NCBI GenBank assembly: GCA_008080735.1
Contig: SHMW01000044.1
Span: 3,027-34,283 of the forward strand
Direction: 5' to 3'
DNA: 31,257 bases
Source: Promethearchaeota archaeon
GTDB lineage: Archaea > Asgardarchaeota > Lokiarchaeia > Sigyniarchaeales > SOKP01
A program made the translations under genes and the position numbers. Each line of letters opens with the position of its first letter. Within the stretch, counting starts at the first letter, position 1. The notes below the pieces were generated by a model that saw only the letters and a program-made list of their open reading frames with translations, was not told where the DNA came from and made no database searches. This document shows positions 6,962 through 17,039 of the stretch, one piece after another.

Positions 6962-7765
6962 CTATTCGCCACGCATTATTTTCTTTAGGCGGTTTAATTC
7001 ATCCAACATTTCATCTCGTAATGAACTTAGCCCGCCACCTGCTTTAGGTGCGCCAGGTTGTCCGCCTCCTCCCGGAGCTGAACTTGGTGGACCTCCCCCT
7101 CCGGATGGTGCTTTTGGGGGGCCTGAACTTGGTGCCTTTGGTTGACCTGATGATGGAGCCTTAGGCGGGCCACCTCCTCCGGTTGGTGCTTTTGGGGGTC
7201 CTGAACTTGGTGCCTTTGGTGGACCTGATGATGGAGCCTTAGGCGGGCCACCTCCTCCAGATGGTGCTTTTGGTGGTCCCGAACTTGGTGCCTTTGGTGG
7301 ACCTCCAGCTCCAGATGGTGGTGAGGGTAAATTCGATTTTTTAGGTGGTCCCGAACTTGGTGCTTTCGGAGGACCTGATGATGGAGCCTTAGGTGGGCCA
7401 CCCCCTCCGGATGATGCTTTTGGAGGGCCTCCACCTGAAGACGGTGGTGTAGGTGCATTTGCCCCGGCGGATGCCGCGGGTGCTGAGCTGGCTGGAGCCG
7501 CTTGCTTGCCGCTTAATAAACTAAATAAGGTATTTGCAGCTGTCGATTTCGCATCTCCAGCGGGAGCGACTACTTTCTGAGATGAAGTACTCACTGTTTT
7601 AACCTTTTCAACCTTAATTCCCTTCAGATCCTTCTCAGCCTTTTGGAGGGAATCAATGAAATCATTTATATTTTTTACTGTCCCTTCTAATTCGTCAGCT
7701 AAGTTGGTCAAGCCTTTTTTCATAAAATCGATAACTCTACTGATTTTCTTCTTATCGGATGCCAC
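6962..7765 (-). CDS. Pro/Gly/Ser-rich repeat protein with N-terminal coiled coil and C-terminal helix
   Basis: GTG start with GAGGA upstream; about 12 GPPKAPSS-type units whose DNA varies mostly at synonymous positions in this frame. Confidence 0.85.
   Translation of the reverse strand: MASDKKKISRVIDFMKKGLTNLADELEGTVKNINDFIDSLQKAEKDLKGIKVEKVKTVSTSSQKVVAPAGDAKSTAANTLFSLLSGKQAAPASSAPAASAGANAPTPPSSGGGPPKASSGGGGPPKAPSSGPPKAPSSGPPKKSNLPSPPSGAGGPPKAPSSGPPKAPSGGGGPPKAPSSGPPKAPSSGPPKAPTGGGGPPKAPSSGQPKAPSSGPPKAPSGGGGPPSSAPGGGGQPGAPKAGGGLSSLRDEMLDELNRLKKIMRGE
7085..7435. repeat. Coding tandem repeat: 24-30 bp units within a 78 bp higher-order unit
   Basis: gacctgatgatggagccttagg recurs at 7144, 7222 and 7372. 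Confidence 0.85.
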
Positions 7766-8056
7766 TATAATCGATCCTCAAAATATTTAGGAATAATTGT
7801 AATTTTTCAAACTTTACTTGTATTATGTTATTTAATAATAATAAAACTATTTAATATTTATTACTACTTTTAGTATTTTCAATATTTTACATCCCCAAGT
7901 GTTAGATTTTGAATTTTTTTTAATGCCATTGGAATTGCTTCAAAAGTAATATGAAGAAATGGAAAAAATTTGTTAATCAAACGATTTTATCACATAAAGA
8001 TAATTTTTTTGTTATAATATACTTTTAATAGAATGTAAAAACTATGGAAATTAACA

Positions 8057-8962
8057 ATGCTAGAGTTTGAAAAAGAACAAAAAGTTATTGAAATTGCCGA
8101 CGTGAAAATTGGTGGTCAACCGGGAGAAAATTCAGTGGTTGCCGTTGGATCAGTGTTTTATTCAAAGCATGACGCCCTCAAGAATGAAAAGACGGGTGAA
8201 TTTGACAAAGATATGGTTGAGGAAGAAATCAATGAATTTATGACAATTGTGGATGAAACCAATCTTCAAGCGATCATTGATGTTGTTGGTGCTAATCCAG
8301 ACGCACTCATAAAGGAATGTAAATTTGTCGCGGATTTAGTCGATATTCCCTTCTTAGTGGACGGATTAAACGATGAAATTCGTATTCCTGCGATGGAAGG
8401 GATGAAAGAAGCGGGTTTGTTGGATAGAGCAATTTTAAACAGTATTGATGATAACACAAATGAAGAAGACGTAGGAAAATTGAAGGAAATTGGAGTTAAA
8501 AACGCTGTATTGCTGACTTTTGGGACACGCTACATCTTTCCAGAGCAAAAATTATCTTTCTTAAAAGATGATCTCATTCCGAAAGCTGAAAGAGCGGGAA
8601 TTAAGAACATTATTGTTGATACAGCTGTACTTGATTTGGCATCGCTTTCACTTAATTATGAGACTACTCGATTAGTAAAGAATGAATTGGGACTTCCAGC
8701 AGGGTATGCCCCTTCGAATGGAGTGTACGGATGGGATTTTGTAAAACAATATGGGGATGAAACGAGAGCCGCGGGAATCGCTGCAGCAATGGTAAACGCC
8801 TTAGATGCGGGAAGTGATTTCATCCTCTACGGTCCAATTAAGTTCTCCAAATGGATTATCCCATCTTTGGCACTTATAGAAGCAACTAACTCGTACTACA
8901 GAAAACGAATATTAAGGAAAAACGTGTCTGATAAAACTCCACTAAACAAGATATTTAAATAA
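8057..8962 (+). CDS. mtrH: Tetrahydromethanopterin S-methyltransferase subunit H family methyltransferase
   Basis: KIGGQPGE, GSVFY, AILNSI, IVDTAV, LPAGYAPSN, DFILYGPI are typical of MtrH/MtxH/MtgA. Confidence 0.88.
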   Translation: MLEFEKEQKVIEIADVKIGGQPGENSVVAVGSVFYSKHDALKNEKTGEFDKDMVEEEINEFMTIVDETNLQAIIDVVGANPDALIKECKFVADLVDIPFLVDGLNDEIRIPAMEGMKEAGLLDRAILNSIDDNTNEEDVGKLKEIGVKNAVLLTFGTRYIFPEQKLSFLKDDLIPKAERAGIKNIIVDTAVLDLASLSLNYETTRLVKNELGLPAGYAPSNGVYGWDFVKQYGDETRAAGIAAAMVNALDAGSDFILYGPIKFSKWIIPSLALIEATNSYYRKRILRKNVSDKTPLNKIFK

Positions 8963-9323
8963 CAAGAGCTAGAAGTGATTAATTCTTTATTGATTAATAT
9001 TTTCTTTTTATTTTCAAAACTCTTTACTTTAAGTATTCCATTCTTGCGAGAAATGAAATATTGGTTGAATTTATCCAAATATGTAAAAGGTCTATTGCTC
9101 GATCTTTTTAATACCATAATTCATTCGATTTCTCTTGAATGAGACGGAACAATTTAAAAAACATCAATTCTTAAAAAGGCTAATTTATATATTTTATTAT
9201 AATAATTTGCATAATTAGTATTAAAGGAAAAAGTTCTTAATACTTAATTAATCAAGATTATTAGACTTTAAATTATAATTGAATTATTAATATAGACAAT
9301 ACAACACTGTAAGTGGGAAAAAA

Positions 9324-9590
9324 ATGGCTAAAAATGAATTGTTCGTCAAGAGAGTTTACGAAATTGTTAACGAACTAAAGATCCCCCTTGTTGATGAGCG
9401 GGTATATGAAAAGGCAGATTTAATGGGAAAAAACGCACTTGCGAGAGTGATATTTAAGTTTGAAGAGGATGAATCTGTAATACGGGGTTTTTTAGGCTTA
9501 GCGGAATATTTTCATACAATAATCGTCAAAGATGATGATGAGTTTTATATCCCTCATAGCTCGATCCTATTTAAGCTTGTAAGCGATTAA
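9324..9590 (+). CDS. Hypothetical protein (88 aa)
   Basis: Isolated ORF with globular protein-like composition between AT-rich spacers. Confidence 0.7.
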   Translation: MAKNELFVKRVYEIVNELKIPLVDERVYEKADLMGKNALARVIFKFEEDESVIRGFLGLAEYFHTIIVKDDDEFYIPHSSILFKLVSD

Positions 9591-9767
9591 TATAATTTTT
9601 CTTTTATTCCTTTTACTTTTTCTAATCTCACAAATTATTATACCTTTAGAAGATATTTGAATCTAATCTTCTTTGGATATAAATCTATTTCACTAATCAA
9701 ATCCAGTTTAATTTATCGATGACTATAAATACCAAAAAGACCAAATTTAAGGTAAAGTGAATGAAAT

Positions 9768-10895
9768 ATGGATATTGATAATATAAAAATAGGTACTGAA
9801 GCGACATTCATTACTCCCATGAAAGATGGGATTAAGACGATTAAACGAATAGAAAATAGTGGATATGATTCGGCGTGGCTTTCTGACCATATTATGGGTT
9901 GGACGCCTGAGAGTATTTGGGATCCTGAAATAATAAAGGCGGCAAGTTTTAATAAATATCCCCATCATTTTTATGAAGTATTTTCTACTTTAGCTGTAGC
10001 CGGGTGGGAAACTTCAAAAATCAGTTTGGGAACAAGCGTAACGGAGGTATTTAGGCGGCATCCTGCGGTTTTAGCTCAAATCGCCCTCACTCAAGATAAT
10101 ATTTCAAAAGGAAGATTTATTTTGGGTATTGGAGCAGGAGAAGGGGAAAATGTAGTCCCATACGGAATTGAATGGAAAAAACCCGTCTCTAGACTCGAAG
10201 AAGCTTTGCATATAATAAAATTACTATGGGAAAACGAGGAAAAAGTAAGTTATGAGGGGAAATTTTGGAAGTTAAAGGATGCTATTTTACAATTGCATCC
10301 GTTTAAAAAGAGGAGATACCCCCCAATATGGATAGCTGCCCATGGACCGAAGATGCTTGAGATAACGGGACGTTTAGGCGATGGATGGCTCCCCGCATAT
10401 TCCTCTCCAGATTCTTATAAAAAACGGCTAAGCATAATTCATGATGCTGCAAAAAAGGAAGGAAGAGATCCAACTTCGATTACTCCCGCTCTATTTTGTT
10501 ATTTAGTCATTGATGATGAGCATAATGAATGCGATTCGCTTTTAACATCTCCTATTGCAAAAAATCAATTGCTTACGCTTCCAAATTCCTTATTTGAGGA
10601 ATATGGTACTTGCCACCCTTTAGGTAAGGACTTTTATGGCTTATTAGAATATATTCCAACTCACTATGATCGAAAAACAGTGCTCGAAGCGATCGACCAA
10701 ATCCCCGATAAAATGTGCCAAGATATTTATTTGCATGGGACCGTGGACGAGATTATAGGGGAGATTGAAACCTATGCTAAAGCAGGACTTCGTCATGCTG
10801 TACTTTATAACACTACATATCTGGCAGATCCGACAAAGATTAAAAGCTCTTTTGGATGTATGAAACGCGTGTTGGAATATTTTAAAGATACATAA
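9768..10895 (+). CDS. LLM-class (likely F420-dependent) oxidoreductase
   Basis: GYDSAWLSDH, LGTSVT, RHPAVLAQ, GRFILGIGAG, PPIWIAAHGPKML, DGWLP. Confidence 0.92.
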   Translation: MDIDNIKIGTEATFITPMKDGIKTIKRIENSGYDSAWLSDHIMGWTPESIWDPEIIKAASFNKYPHHFYEVFSTLAVAGWETSKISLGTSVTEVFRRHPAVLAQIALTQDNISKGRFILGIGAGEGENVVPYGIEWKKPVSRLEEALHIIKLLWENEEKVSYEGKFWKLKDAILQLHPFKKRRYPPIWIAAHGPKMLEITGRLGDGWLPAYSSPDSYKKRLSIIHDAAKKEGRDPTSITPALFCYLVIDDEHNECDSLLTSPIAKNQLLTLPNSLFEEYGTCHPLGKDFYGLLEYIPTHYDRKTVLEAIDQIPDKMCQDIYLHGTVDEIIGEIETYAKAGLRHAVLYNTTYLADPTKIKSSFGCMKRVLEYFKDT

Positions 10896-10898
10896 AAT

Positions 10899-11606
10899 CT
10901 ATATATCATTGATGTAATGCTCAGAATTAGTTATTATTTCTAAAACTTCGGATTTGGAAACATCATACCAATTTTTATATGCACTTGCAACAGAGAACCT
11001 CATTACCCTTTTGATATTGGGACAAAAGATTTGAGCCACTTCACTCTTTATTCGTACTACCGTTCGTTGTGGTGCGGTGGGCACTGCAATATAGATCTTC
11101 GCGGGGGAATATTTTTTTATCATTTTAATCGCGGCTAACATAGTAAAACCCGAAGCGAGTCCATCATCTATTAAGATTATTTGTTTTTTCTGAATCTGGT
11201 TTTGATATTGCTCAGAAAGATCTTTCGGTTTATTATAGAATTCCAAGCGTTCCCGGATTTCTGATTTGGTAAGCTCTATTGACTTGTTTATCTCATCCTT
11301 TGAAAGATTTAGACGTTCTAAGAGCGGCTCATTAATTAGCACAGTTCCGTCGGTGGTGATGGATCCGAAACCTGCTTCTGGATTATAAGGAATTTTGATT
11401 TTTCGAACAATAAGCATATCATATTGGATATTGGTTTCCGCGCAGAAACCTTCAGCTACAGGTATGCCTCCATTCGGAATTGCAAAACAAAAAAAATCAG
11501 CAAGAGTATTTTTCATTTTTGAAAGCATTTCGGGTTGGTTATTCTCAATGAAATCAACCAAGATTCTACCCGCCTCGTTTCTGGATTCATATTTTCGAAA
11601 GCTCAT
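10899..11606 (-). CDS. Type I phosphoribosyltransferase family protein
   Basis: PRPP-binding IILIDDGLASGFTM; AIPNGGIPVA; VRKI..P.NPE. Confidence 0.9.
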   Translation of the reverse strand: MSFRKYESRNEAGRILVDFIENNQPEMLSKMKNTLADFFCFAIPNGGIPVAEGFCAETNIQYDMLIVRKIKIPYNPEAGFGSITTDGTVLINEPLLERLNLSKDEINKSIELTKSEIRERLEFYNKPKDLSEQYQNQIQKKQIILIDDGLASGFTMLAAIKMIKKYSPAKIYIAVPTAPQRTVVRIKSEVAQIFCPNIKRVMRFSVASAYKNWYDVSKSEVLEIITNSEHYINDI

Positions 11607-11872
11607 CGCTGGATTGTAATATCCAACCTAAAATTTAAATTTTGAATTTAAAAATTATAATTCATCTATTCAATAGAATTTGAAAATTTTACAATTTGAG
11701 CTTAAAATTGTTTTTATTTTGTGATAATAGGTATAATCTAGTTCTATTTGAGAAAGAATATAGTCTATATAGATAAAACTTGGATAGCTTTTTATAGATT
11801 GGAGGTTATTAATGTTATAATATTTTTATTTTATAATTTCGTAAAAGGAATTATTTAATAATGTGAAATCTT

Positions 11873-14284
11873 ATGAAAAAAATTAAAAATTATAAATCTA
11901 AAATACTGGTATGCTTAATCTTGCTTCAGAGTTTTCTTGCCTTTGGAATCTATTTAATTCCCGCACACGGGGATGAAAATATACCAGAAGATAGTCCCAA
12001 TAACGATTGGTACTGGGATATTAATGTGGGAGAGAAGCTGATATTTGAAATAGAGCGCACTATGAGAAATTCGACGAATCAAAATTTTATAAATGCGACA
12101 AAACTTCTTCAGATCTACAATATTACATCCTTTTCTAATGTAACATTCAATCAACCCCATTATGATGGTTCACAGTCAATGTCTAAAATAAATGCTAGTG
12201 AATGTTTTTGGAATGCATCTTCTCTTGAATTAGTTCCGTTCAGATCAGAAGAATTTTTTGCATATTTTGGTTACAATGAATCATCATCCATTCCAGAAAA
12301 ATATTATACTCAGAATTCATTTTATGTTCCCTTCATCTTACCCATCAACGGTACCTCTAAAGGCTTACAAATTGATCTCATGGCAGATATTCTCAATAGA
12401 AGTCAAATATATCCAATGTTTCAAGCAGGGTACCTTAATCGTTTTGACAATATTACCACAATTTCTGGAACGAATAATCACAAGATGATATTTAAAAATA
12501 CAACGGATGGATATTATTATAATTTGACTTTTTATAATAATGGGACTCTTAAATCAGCAGATATCAAAATTAGAATTTATTATGGTCCTTCTTTAGGATA
12601 TGTAATCATTGAACAAAAAATGACTCAGGTATTTTCAATGGATGATACTGATAATGTTGAATGGGCATACGACATAGGGGAAAGCTATTTTTATGATACT
12701 TATGGAGAAGAAGATGCTTTTAGGACGAAAGTTGAAGTTGATTCTATATCTAATATTACTGAGTCCTTCATTCTCGATACAAAAACTTATTACAGAAATT
12801 TTGAAATTATATTTGGAGATATATATCAGTGGAATGGAACGGAATATTCGCTTGAGGTGGAAAATGTAACTTTAGGAGCAGCAAATAATTTTTATCCCGC
12901 CAATCCATCTGTATTATCGGAATGTTTTACTTTATTCCCCGACTATACGGATAAGAAAACCTTAGAATTTATATTCAATGAGCATATTAATAAAATTTTC
13001 CCTGGGGATTATAAAACAGCTTCTGTAACTGAACTTGGTGAAGAATTAATAATATTCTTGAAAGCCTCAGATGATGACATAATAAATATTACAATTGATA
13101 AGAACAGTGATGTTGTGAGTGATTTAATAGTAATTAATAGTACTGGGGGGCTCGAATTTTATCTCACCGAAGTAGAATCGGATGTTGACTGGGGCTATGA
13201 GGCGGGAAATGTTTTGTATGTTAAAATCAACGATGATGATGGTAACATAAACAAAAAAATTCTGATTGAAGGGTGGAAATTGATCTTATATAATCTAACG
13301 TATCTTCAAGAACAGAGTGGGGGACTTTTCATTCCACCAAGCGGTCAACCCGAATTGCAGTTTTTAAATGTTTTATTCGGTGATTTTTATGATAACATGA
13401 AAACACTTAACGGTGAAAATGATATCCCAATCGGAGTAGCAAATTCTTACTGGCCATTTTTTCCCGTAGGCTTAATGGACTATGCCAATCCATATTATCC
13501 TTTTGTCTTACCAGTTGGTACGACCCCAGAATCGTTAGAGTGTCTTAATTCATTTGCGGATCAATTATATGGAAAAACAACCATTACCAACGAATATATC
13601 GAATTCAGTAACTCAACTGGTGGAAAAGAATATTTAAAAATATGTATAGACTCTGATAAAAATCTTATAAAATATATGTCAGGATGGGTTATAGGAGAAT
13701 CTGGGAATTGGAGATATTTCTCAACCTACTTAAAAACAAATCAAACACTAAACTCGGGTATGCAAACATATCAATTGATTTCAGATCAATCTAATGAAGC
13801 AGTCTACAAAAGCACCACAAATGTAACTACCAGTGGAAGTTCTCTTTATTATAGCATTCTAAAGAATAATCCTACTAATGAAACGATAGGAAATGGAACA
13901 ATTTTAAATTATCTGGACTTATTTATTGATGATACAAACGATATAACTTCATTTACCTTTTCTATTGAGTTTAATACAATTAATCCTTTTGAAGATACTA
14001 TTTACTTCTACGCATTTGATATGAGTGGTAATAAGGAGTGGAATATGCCACCACCAGGAGAATTAGAGAAGATTATCTTAGAGAAGACTTCGAATTCGAT
14101 AAAGTTGAATTTCTCAAGTATGAATATAGATTCTGGGTTTATATTTGCCATTACTTATGAATTAGCACCCGATCCTGACGGTCAAATACCTGGATTTCCA
14201 TTATTCATCTTGATTTTCGCTTTTATGGGAACCTTCGCACTAATTGGAATTATAAATCATAGAAAAATTATAATTGAGAAATAG
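11873..14284 (+). CDS. Secreted surface glycoprotein with C-terminal IPGF-TM-basic sorting signal
   Basis: N-terminal signal peptide, many N-x-S/T sequons, ends in IPGF + TM + HRK. Confidence 0.82.
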   Translation: MKKIKNYKSKILVCLILLQSFLAFGIYLIPAHGDENIPEDSPNNDWYWDINVGEKLIFEIERTMRNSTNQNFINATKLLQIYNITSFSNVTFNQPHYDGSQSMSKINASECFWNASSLELVPFRSEEFFAYFGYNESSSIPEKYYTQNSFYVPFILPINGTSKGLQIDLMADILNRSQIYPMFQAGYLNRFDNITTISGTNNHKMIFKNTTDGYYYNLTFYNNGTLKSADIKIRIYYGPSLGYVIIEQKMTQVFSMDDTDNVEWAYDIGESYFYDTYGEEDAFRTKVEVDSISNITESFILDTKTYYRNFEIIFGDIYQWNGTEYSLEVENVTLGAANNFYPANPSVLSECFTLFPDYTDKKTLEFIFNEHINKIFPGDYKTASVTELGEELIIFLKASDDDIINITIDKNSDVVSDLIVINSTGGLEFYLTEVESDVDWGYEAGNVLYVKINDDDGNINKKILIEGWKLILYNLTYLQEQSGGLFIPPSGQPELQFLNVLFGDFYDNMKTLNGENDIPIGVANSYWPFFPVGLMDYANPYYPFVLPVGTTPESLECLNSFADQLYGKTTITNEYIEFSNSTGGKEYLKICIDSDKNLIKYMSGWVIGESGNWRYFSTYLKTNQTLNSGMQTYQLISDQSNEAVYKSTTNVTTSGSSLYYSILKNNPTNETIGNGTILNYLDLFIDDTNDITSFTFSIEFNTINPFEDTIYFYAFDMSGNKEWNMPPPGELEKIILEKTSNSIKLNFSSMNIDSGFIFAITYELAPDPDGQIPGFPLFILIFAFMGTFALIGIINHRKIIIEK

Positions 14285-14593
14285 AGTGAGTCTTTTAATT
14301 TAGTAAATTTAATAAACCCTTTTTTTTCTAACCTTATTTCATTTTTAATAATCTAAGTAATGATCTAATAAAATTAGAGCAAAGGGGGATGATTTTAATA
14401 TATTCACCATGAACCTTTCTCTCAATCAAGATCTTTTCTTCCCTGTTAAATTAATCTAAATTAGAATGCAAAAATTAGATAATAGAATAAGAAATGTTTA
14501 GATATTTTTTTATGGAGTATTAAATTTAAAAAATTAAATAAGAATAGAGAAACACGATCACCAAATTATACCAATAATGACGGGCGCTGAACT

Positions 14594-15148
14594 ATGGAGT
14601 CAATTAGTACAAGATTTCGGATTATTAAGGAGACATTCCCCTCGGAACTTATCTCAATAATCGGGTCCATCTTGGCGGGTATAATATTATCCATCCTCAT
14701 CCTTCCATTTAAAAGTTTTCCGGTCCTTATATTAATCATTCCCGCCTTGCTTTCGTTACGTGGGAATATTAGCGGTCCTTTTATCGCACGTACCTCACGA
14801 GACCTTATCTTGGGAGAGTTTGGCATTAAATCTTGGGGTGAAAATGTATTAGCTACCTATGTTTTAGCAATTGTTACCTCAATTCTAATAGGGATTATCA
14901 CAGTGCTTATGAATTTATTTATTTTCCGTTTATACATCTTAGATATTGGTATAATTATTATCATCCCTACAATTTCCATGCTCTTTAGCCTTTCTATTTC
15001 AATTCCCATATCGACGATCCTGAACTATGCCGCGTTTAAATTGGGGTTTGACCCCAATAATGTTGTTGGCCCTACCATGACCGCGATTGATGATTTCTTT
15101 TCTGTGGTAAGTTTTTATTTGACTTTAATCCTAATGGGGGTGCCTTAA
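14594..15148 (+). CDS. MgtE/SLC41-type membrane domain protein, subunit 1
   Basis: LRGNISG and DPNNVVGPTMTAIDD motifs; five TM segments. Confidence 0.85.
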   Translation: MESISTRFRIIKETFPSELISIIGSILAGIILSILILPFKSFPVLILIIPALLSLRGNISGPFIARTSRDLILGEFGIKSWGENVLATYVLAIVTSILIGIITVLMNLFIFRLYILDIGIIIIIPTISMLFSLSISIPISTILNYAAFKLGFDPNNVVGPTMTAIDDFFSVVSFYLTLILMGVP

Positions 15149-15739
15149 TTGAAACCTTTAAAACAAATTTTTGACGATTTCCCCCGGTTCGAATATTTTA
15201 AAAAAATTGTTAAGGAATCTATTATCATTGTAGTCCTTTCCTCTTTGATGGGTATGATTTCTGGCACTATCCTTTCGCTAAATGAGGATATTTTGTATAG
15301 CATTCCGGTTATTCTTTTATTAATTCCTTCCCTAAACTCTCTAATTGGGGATATCTCGACTGTGCTAATTTCACGCTTAACAACTCAATTATATATAGGT
15401 ATTATCCCCCCAAAAATTACAAAATCCGAAAGTTTGAAAGAAAATTTCATTGGTTTATTAATAACCACTTTATTAGGTCTCGGGGCTTTATTAGGAATCG
15501 GCTATGGTACAGCAGCATTGACGAGTGTCCCGATTGTAAACCCATTATTTATGATCTCAATATTATTAATAACGATGTTGATACTGTTTTTTATTATGTT
15601 TGTTACTCTCTTTATTAGTTCAATTTACCTATTTAAAAAGGGTAAAGACCCAAATAATTATCTTATTCCCGCCATAACTTCATTATTAGATTTCCTAAAT
15701 CCCTTCTTTATAATTCTCTTTATAACAATATTTTTATAA
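15149..15739 (+). CDS. MgtE/SLC41-type membrane domain protein, subunit 2
   Basis: LIGDIST and DPNNYLIPAITSLLD; TTG start abutting the upstream TAA, with a GGGGTG SD. Confidence 0.82.
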   Translation: MKPLKQIFDDFPRFEYFKKIVKESIIIVVLSSLMGMISGTILSLNEDILYSIPVILLLIPSLNSLIGDISTVLISRLTTQLYIGIIPPKITKSESLKENFIGLLITTLLGLGALLGIGYGTAALTSVPIVNPLFMISILLITMLILFFIMFVTLFISSIYLFKKGKDPNNYLIPAITSLLDFLNPFFIILFITIFL

Positions 15740-15779
15740 AATCAAAAAATAGTAGATTATTAGTGAATGAAAAACAAAA

Positions 15780-17027
15780 ATGACGGCAATCAAAAAGAAA
15801 TTTAAGTATAAGCCAATCTCCTTGAAAGATATATTACGCCAAATGAAACAAAACATCGATCTAATGATTGATCTTGCATACAGCGCCATCAAATTCGGAA
15901 GTAAAGAAATCGCTGATGAGGCATATAAAATTGAACAAAGAATCCATGAACTCACCTTTCTTTTAAATTTCCAAATAATCCAAACCCAACCAGGTGGAAT
16001 AAAAAAGGCTAAAAAATTAGAACCCATCGTTGTTATGGGGTACTCTATTGATAAGATTTCTGATGCTTTATCCGATATTGCGAGAATCGTTTATATCAAT
16101 AGCGATATTGCTGATTTTACTCAAGTAATGTGGGATTATGTACCTGAACCCATAGTGAAAATTAAAGTCAACAAAGAGTGCGACTTTATCGGGAAATTTC
16201 GAAAAAATGTCCATTTCCGTTCCCAACATGGCGTGGACCTTATCGCAATACGTAGGGATGATAAATGGCTTCTAAGCAAGGATGAAAAGGTCTTAGAGGG
16301 AGATATCCTCATAGTAAAAGGAGAAAAGGATCCTATCATGGCATTAAAAAAAGAATGTTATGATACCGAGCCTATTTCTTTCGATTTAGAAAAACGCTTA
16401 AAAGAATCGACTTTCAATATTGACGATCCAGACATTCAAGAGCTATTTGCCGAGGTTAAGAAGGATTATGTACAAATTACAGACATATCGGAGACAATGA
16501 CCGAATTAGCCTTAGCTGCGCTTTTCTTTAATAATTATGAGGTCGCAGAGGATGTTTTGGAGATGGAAGAACTTATGGATGGTTTAAATATCAATTTTGA
16601 AAAGGATTTATTGGAATTGTCAAATCAAATTGATAACCCTCGAGATTTGGTGGGTATTTTAAGAATTGTCTTTTCTTGTGAATTAATTGCTGATGCTGCA
16701 GGGAACATAGCAGAGAGCATAGTAAAAGGTTTTGAACCTCATAAAATTTTGAAAAAAGCCATTTCGGAGACCTCCGAGATAGTTGTGAGAGAAACTCTAT
16801 CCGAAGATTCATATTTTAAGGATAAGACTTATAAAGACGTTCAAGACAGTCGATACAAACGGGGCTTCCATATTATTGCTCTCAAACGTGAAGATAAATG
16901 GATTTATAGCTTTAAACCAGATTTTACTTTTCAAGTGGGTGATTTAGTAATCGGTTTAGGACCGAAAGAATCGGTTCAAGAGTGGCGAAGATGTGTCAAT
17001 CCCGAGAAATTTAAAGAAGAAGATTAA
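15780..17027 (+). CDS. Tandem PhoU + TrkA-C (RCK_C) domain protein
   Basis: Two repeats of a PhoU-like bundle (MIDLAYSA...KISDA; MTELALAA...LIADA), each followed by TrkA-C (LIAIRR...GDILIVKG; IIALKR...GDLVIGLG). Confidence 0.85.
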   Translation: MTAIKKKFKYKPISLKDILRQMKQNIDLMIDLAYSAIKFGSKEIADEAYKIEQRIHELTFLLNFQIIQTQPGGIKKAKKLEPIVVMGYSIDKISDALSDIARIVYINSDIADFTQVMWDYVPEPIVKIKVNKECDFIGKFRKNVHFRSQHGVDLIAIRRDDKWLLSKDEKVLEGDILIVKGEKDPIMALKKECYDTEPISFDLEKRLKESTFNIDDPDIQELFAEVKKDYVQITDISETMTELALAALFFNNYEVAEDVLEMEELMDGLNINFEKDLLELSNQIDNPRDLVGILRIVFSCELIADAAGNIAESIVKGFEPHKILKKAISETSEIVVRETLSEDSYFKDKTYKDVQDSRYKRGFHIIALKREDKWIYSFKPDFTFQVGDLVIGLGPKESVQEWRRCVNPEKFKEED

Positions 17028-17039
17028 TTGAAATTATAC

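Noticed and set aside
7085-7435. Possible CRISPR array
   Set aside because: There are no unique spacers; the repeats are contiguous, in frame and coding.
7027-7458. His/Gln-rich 143 aa ORF and antisense Pro/Gly ORF 6927-7145
   Set aside because: These are alternative-frame shadows of the GPPKAPSS repeat gene.
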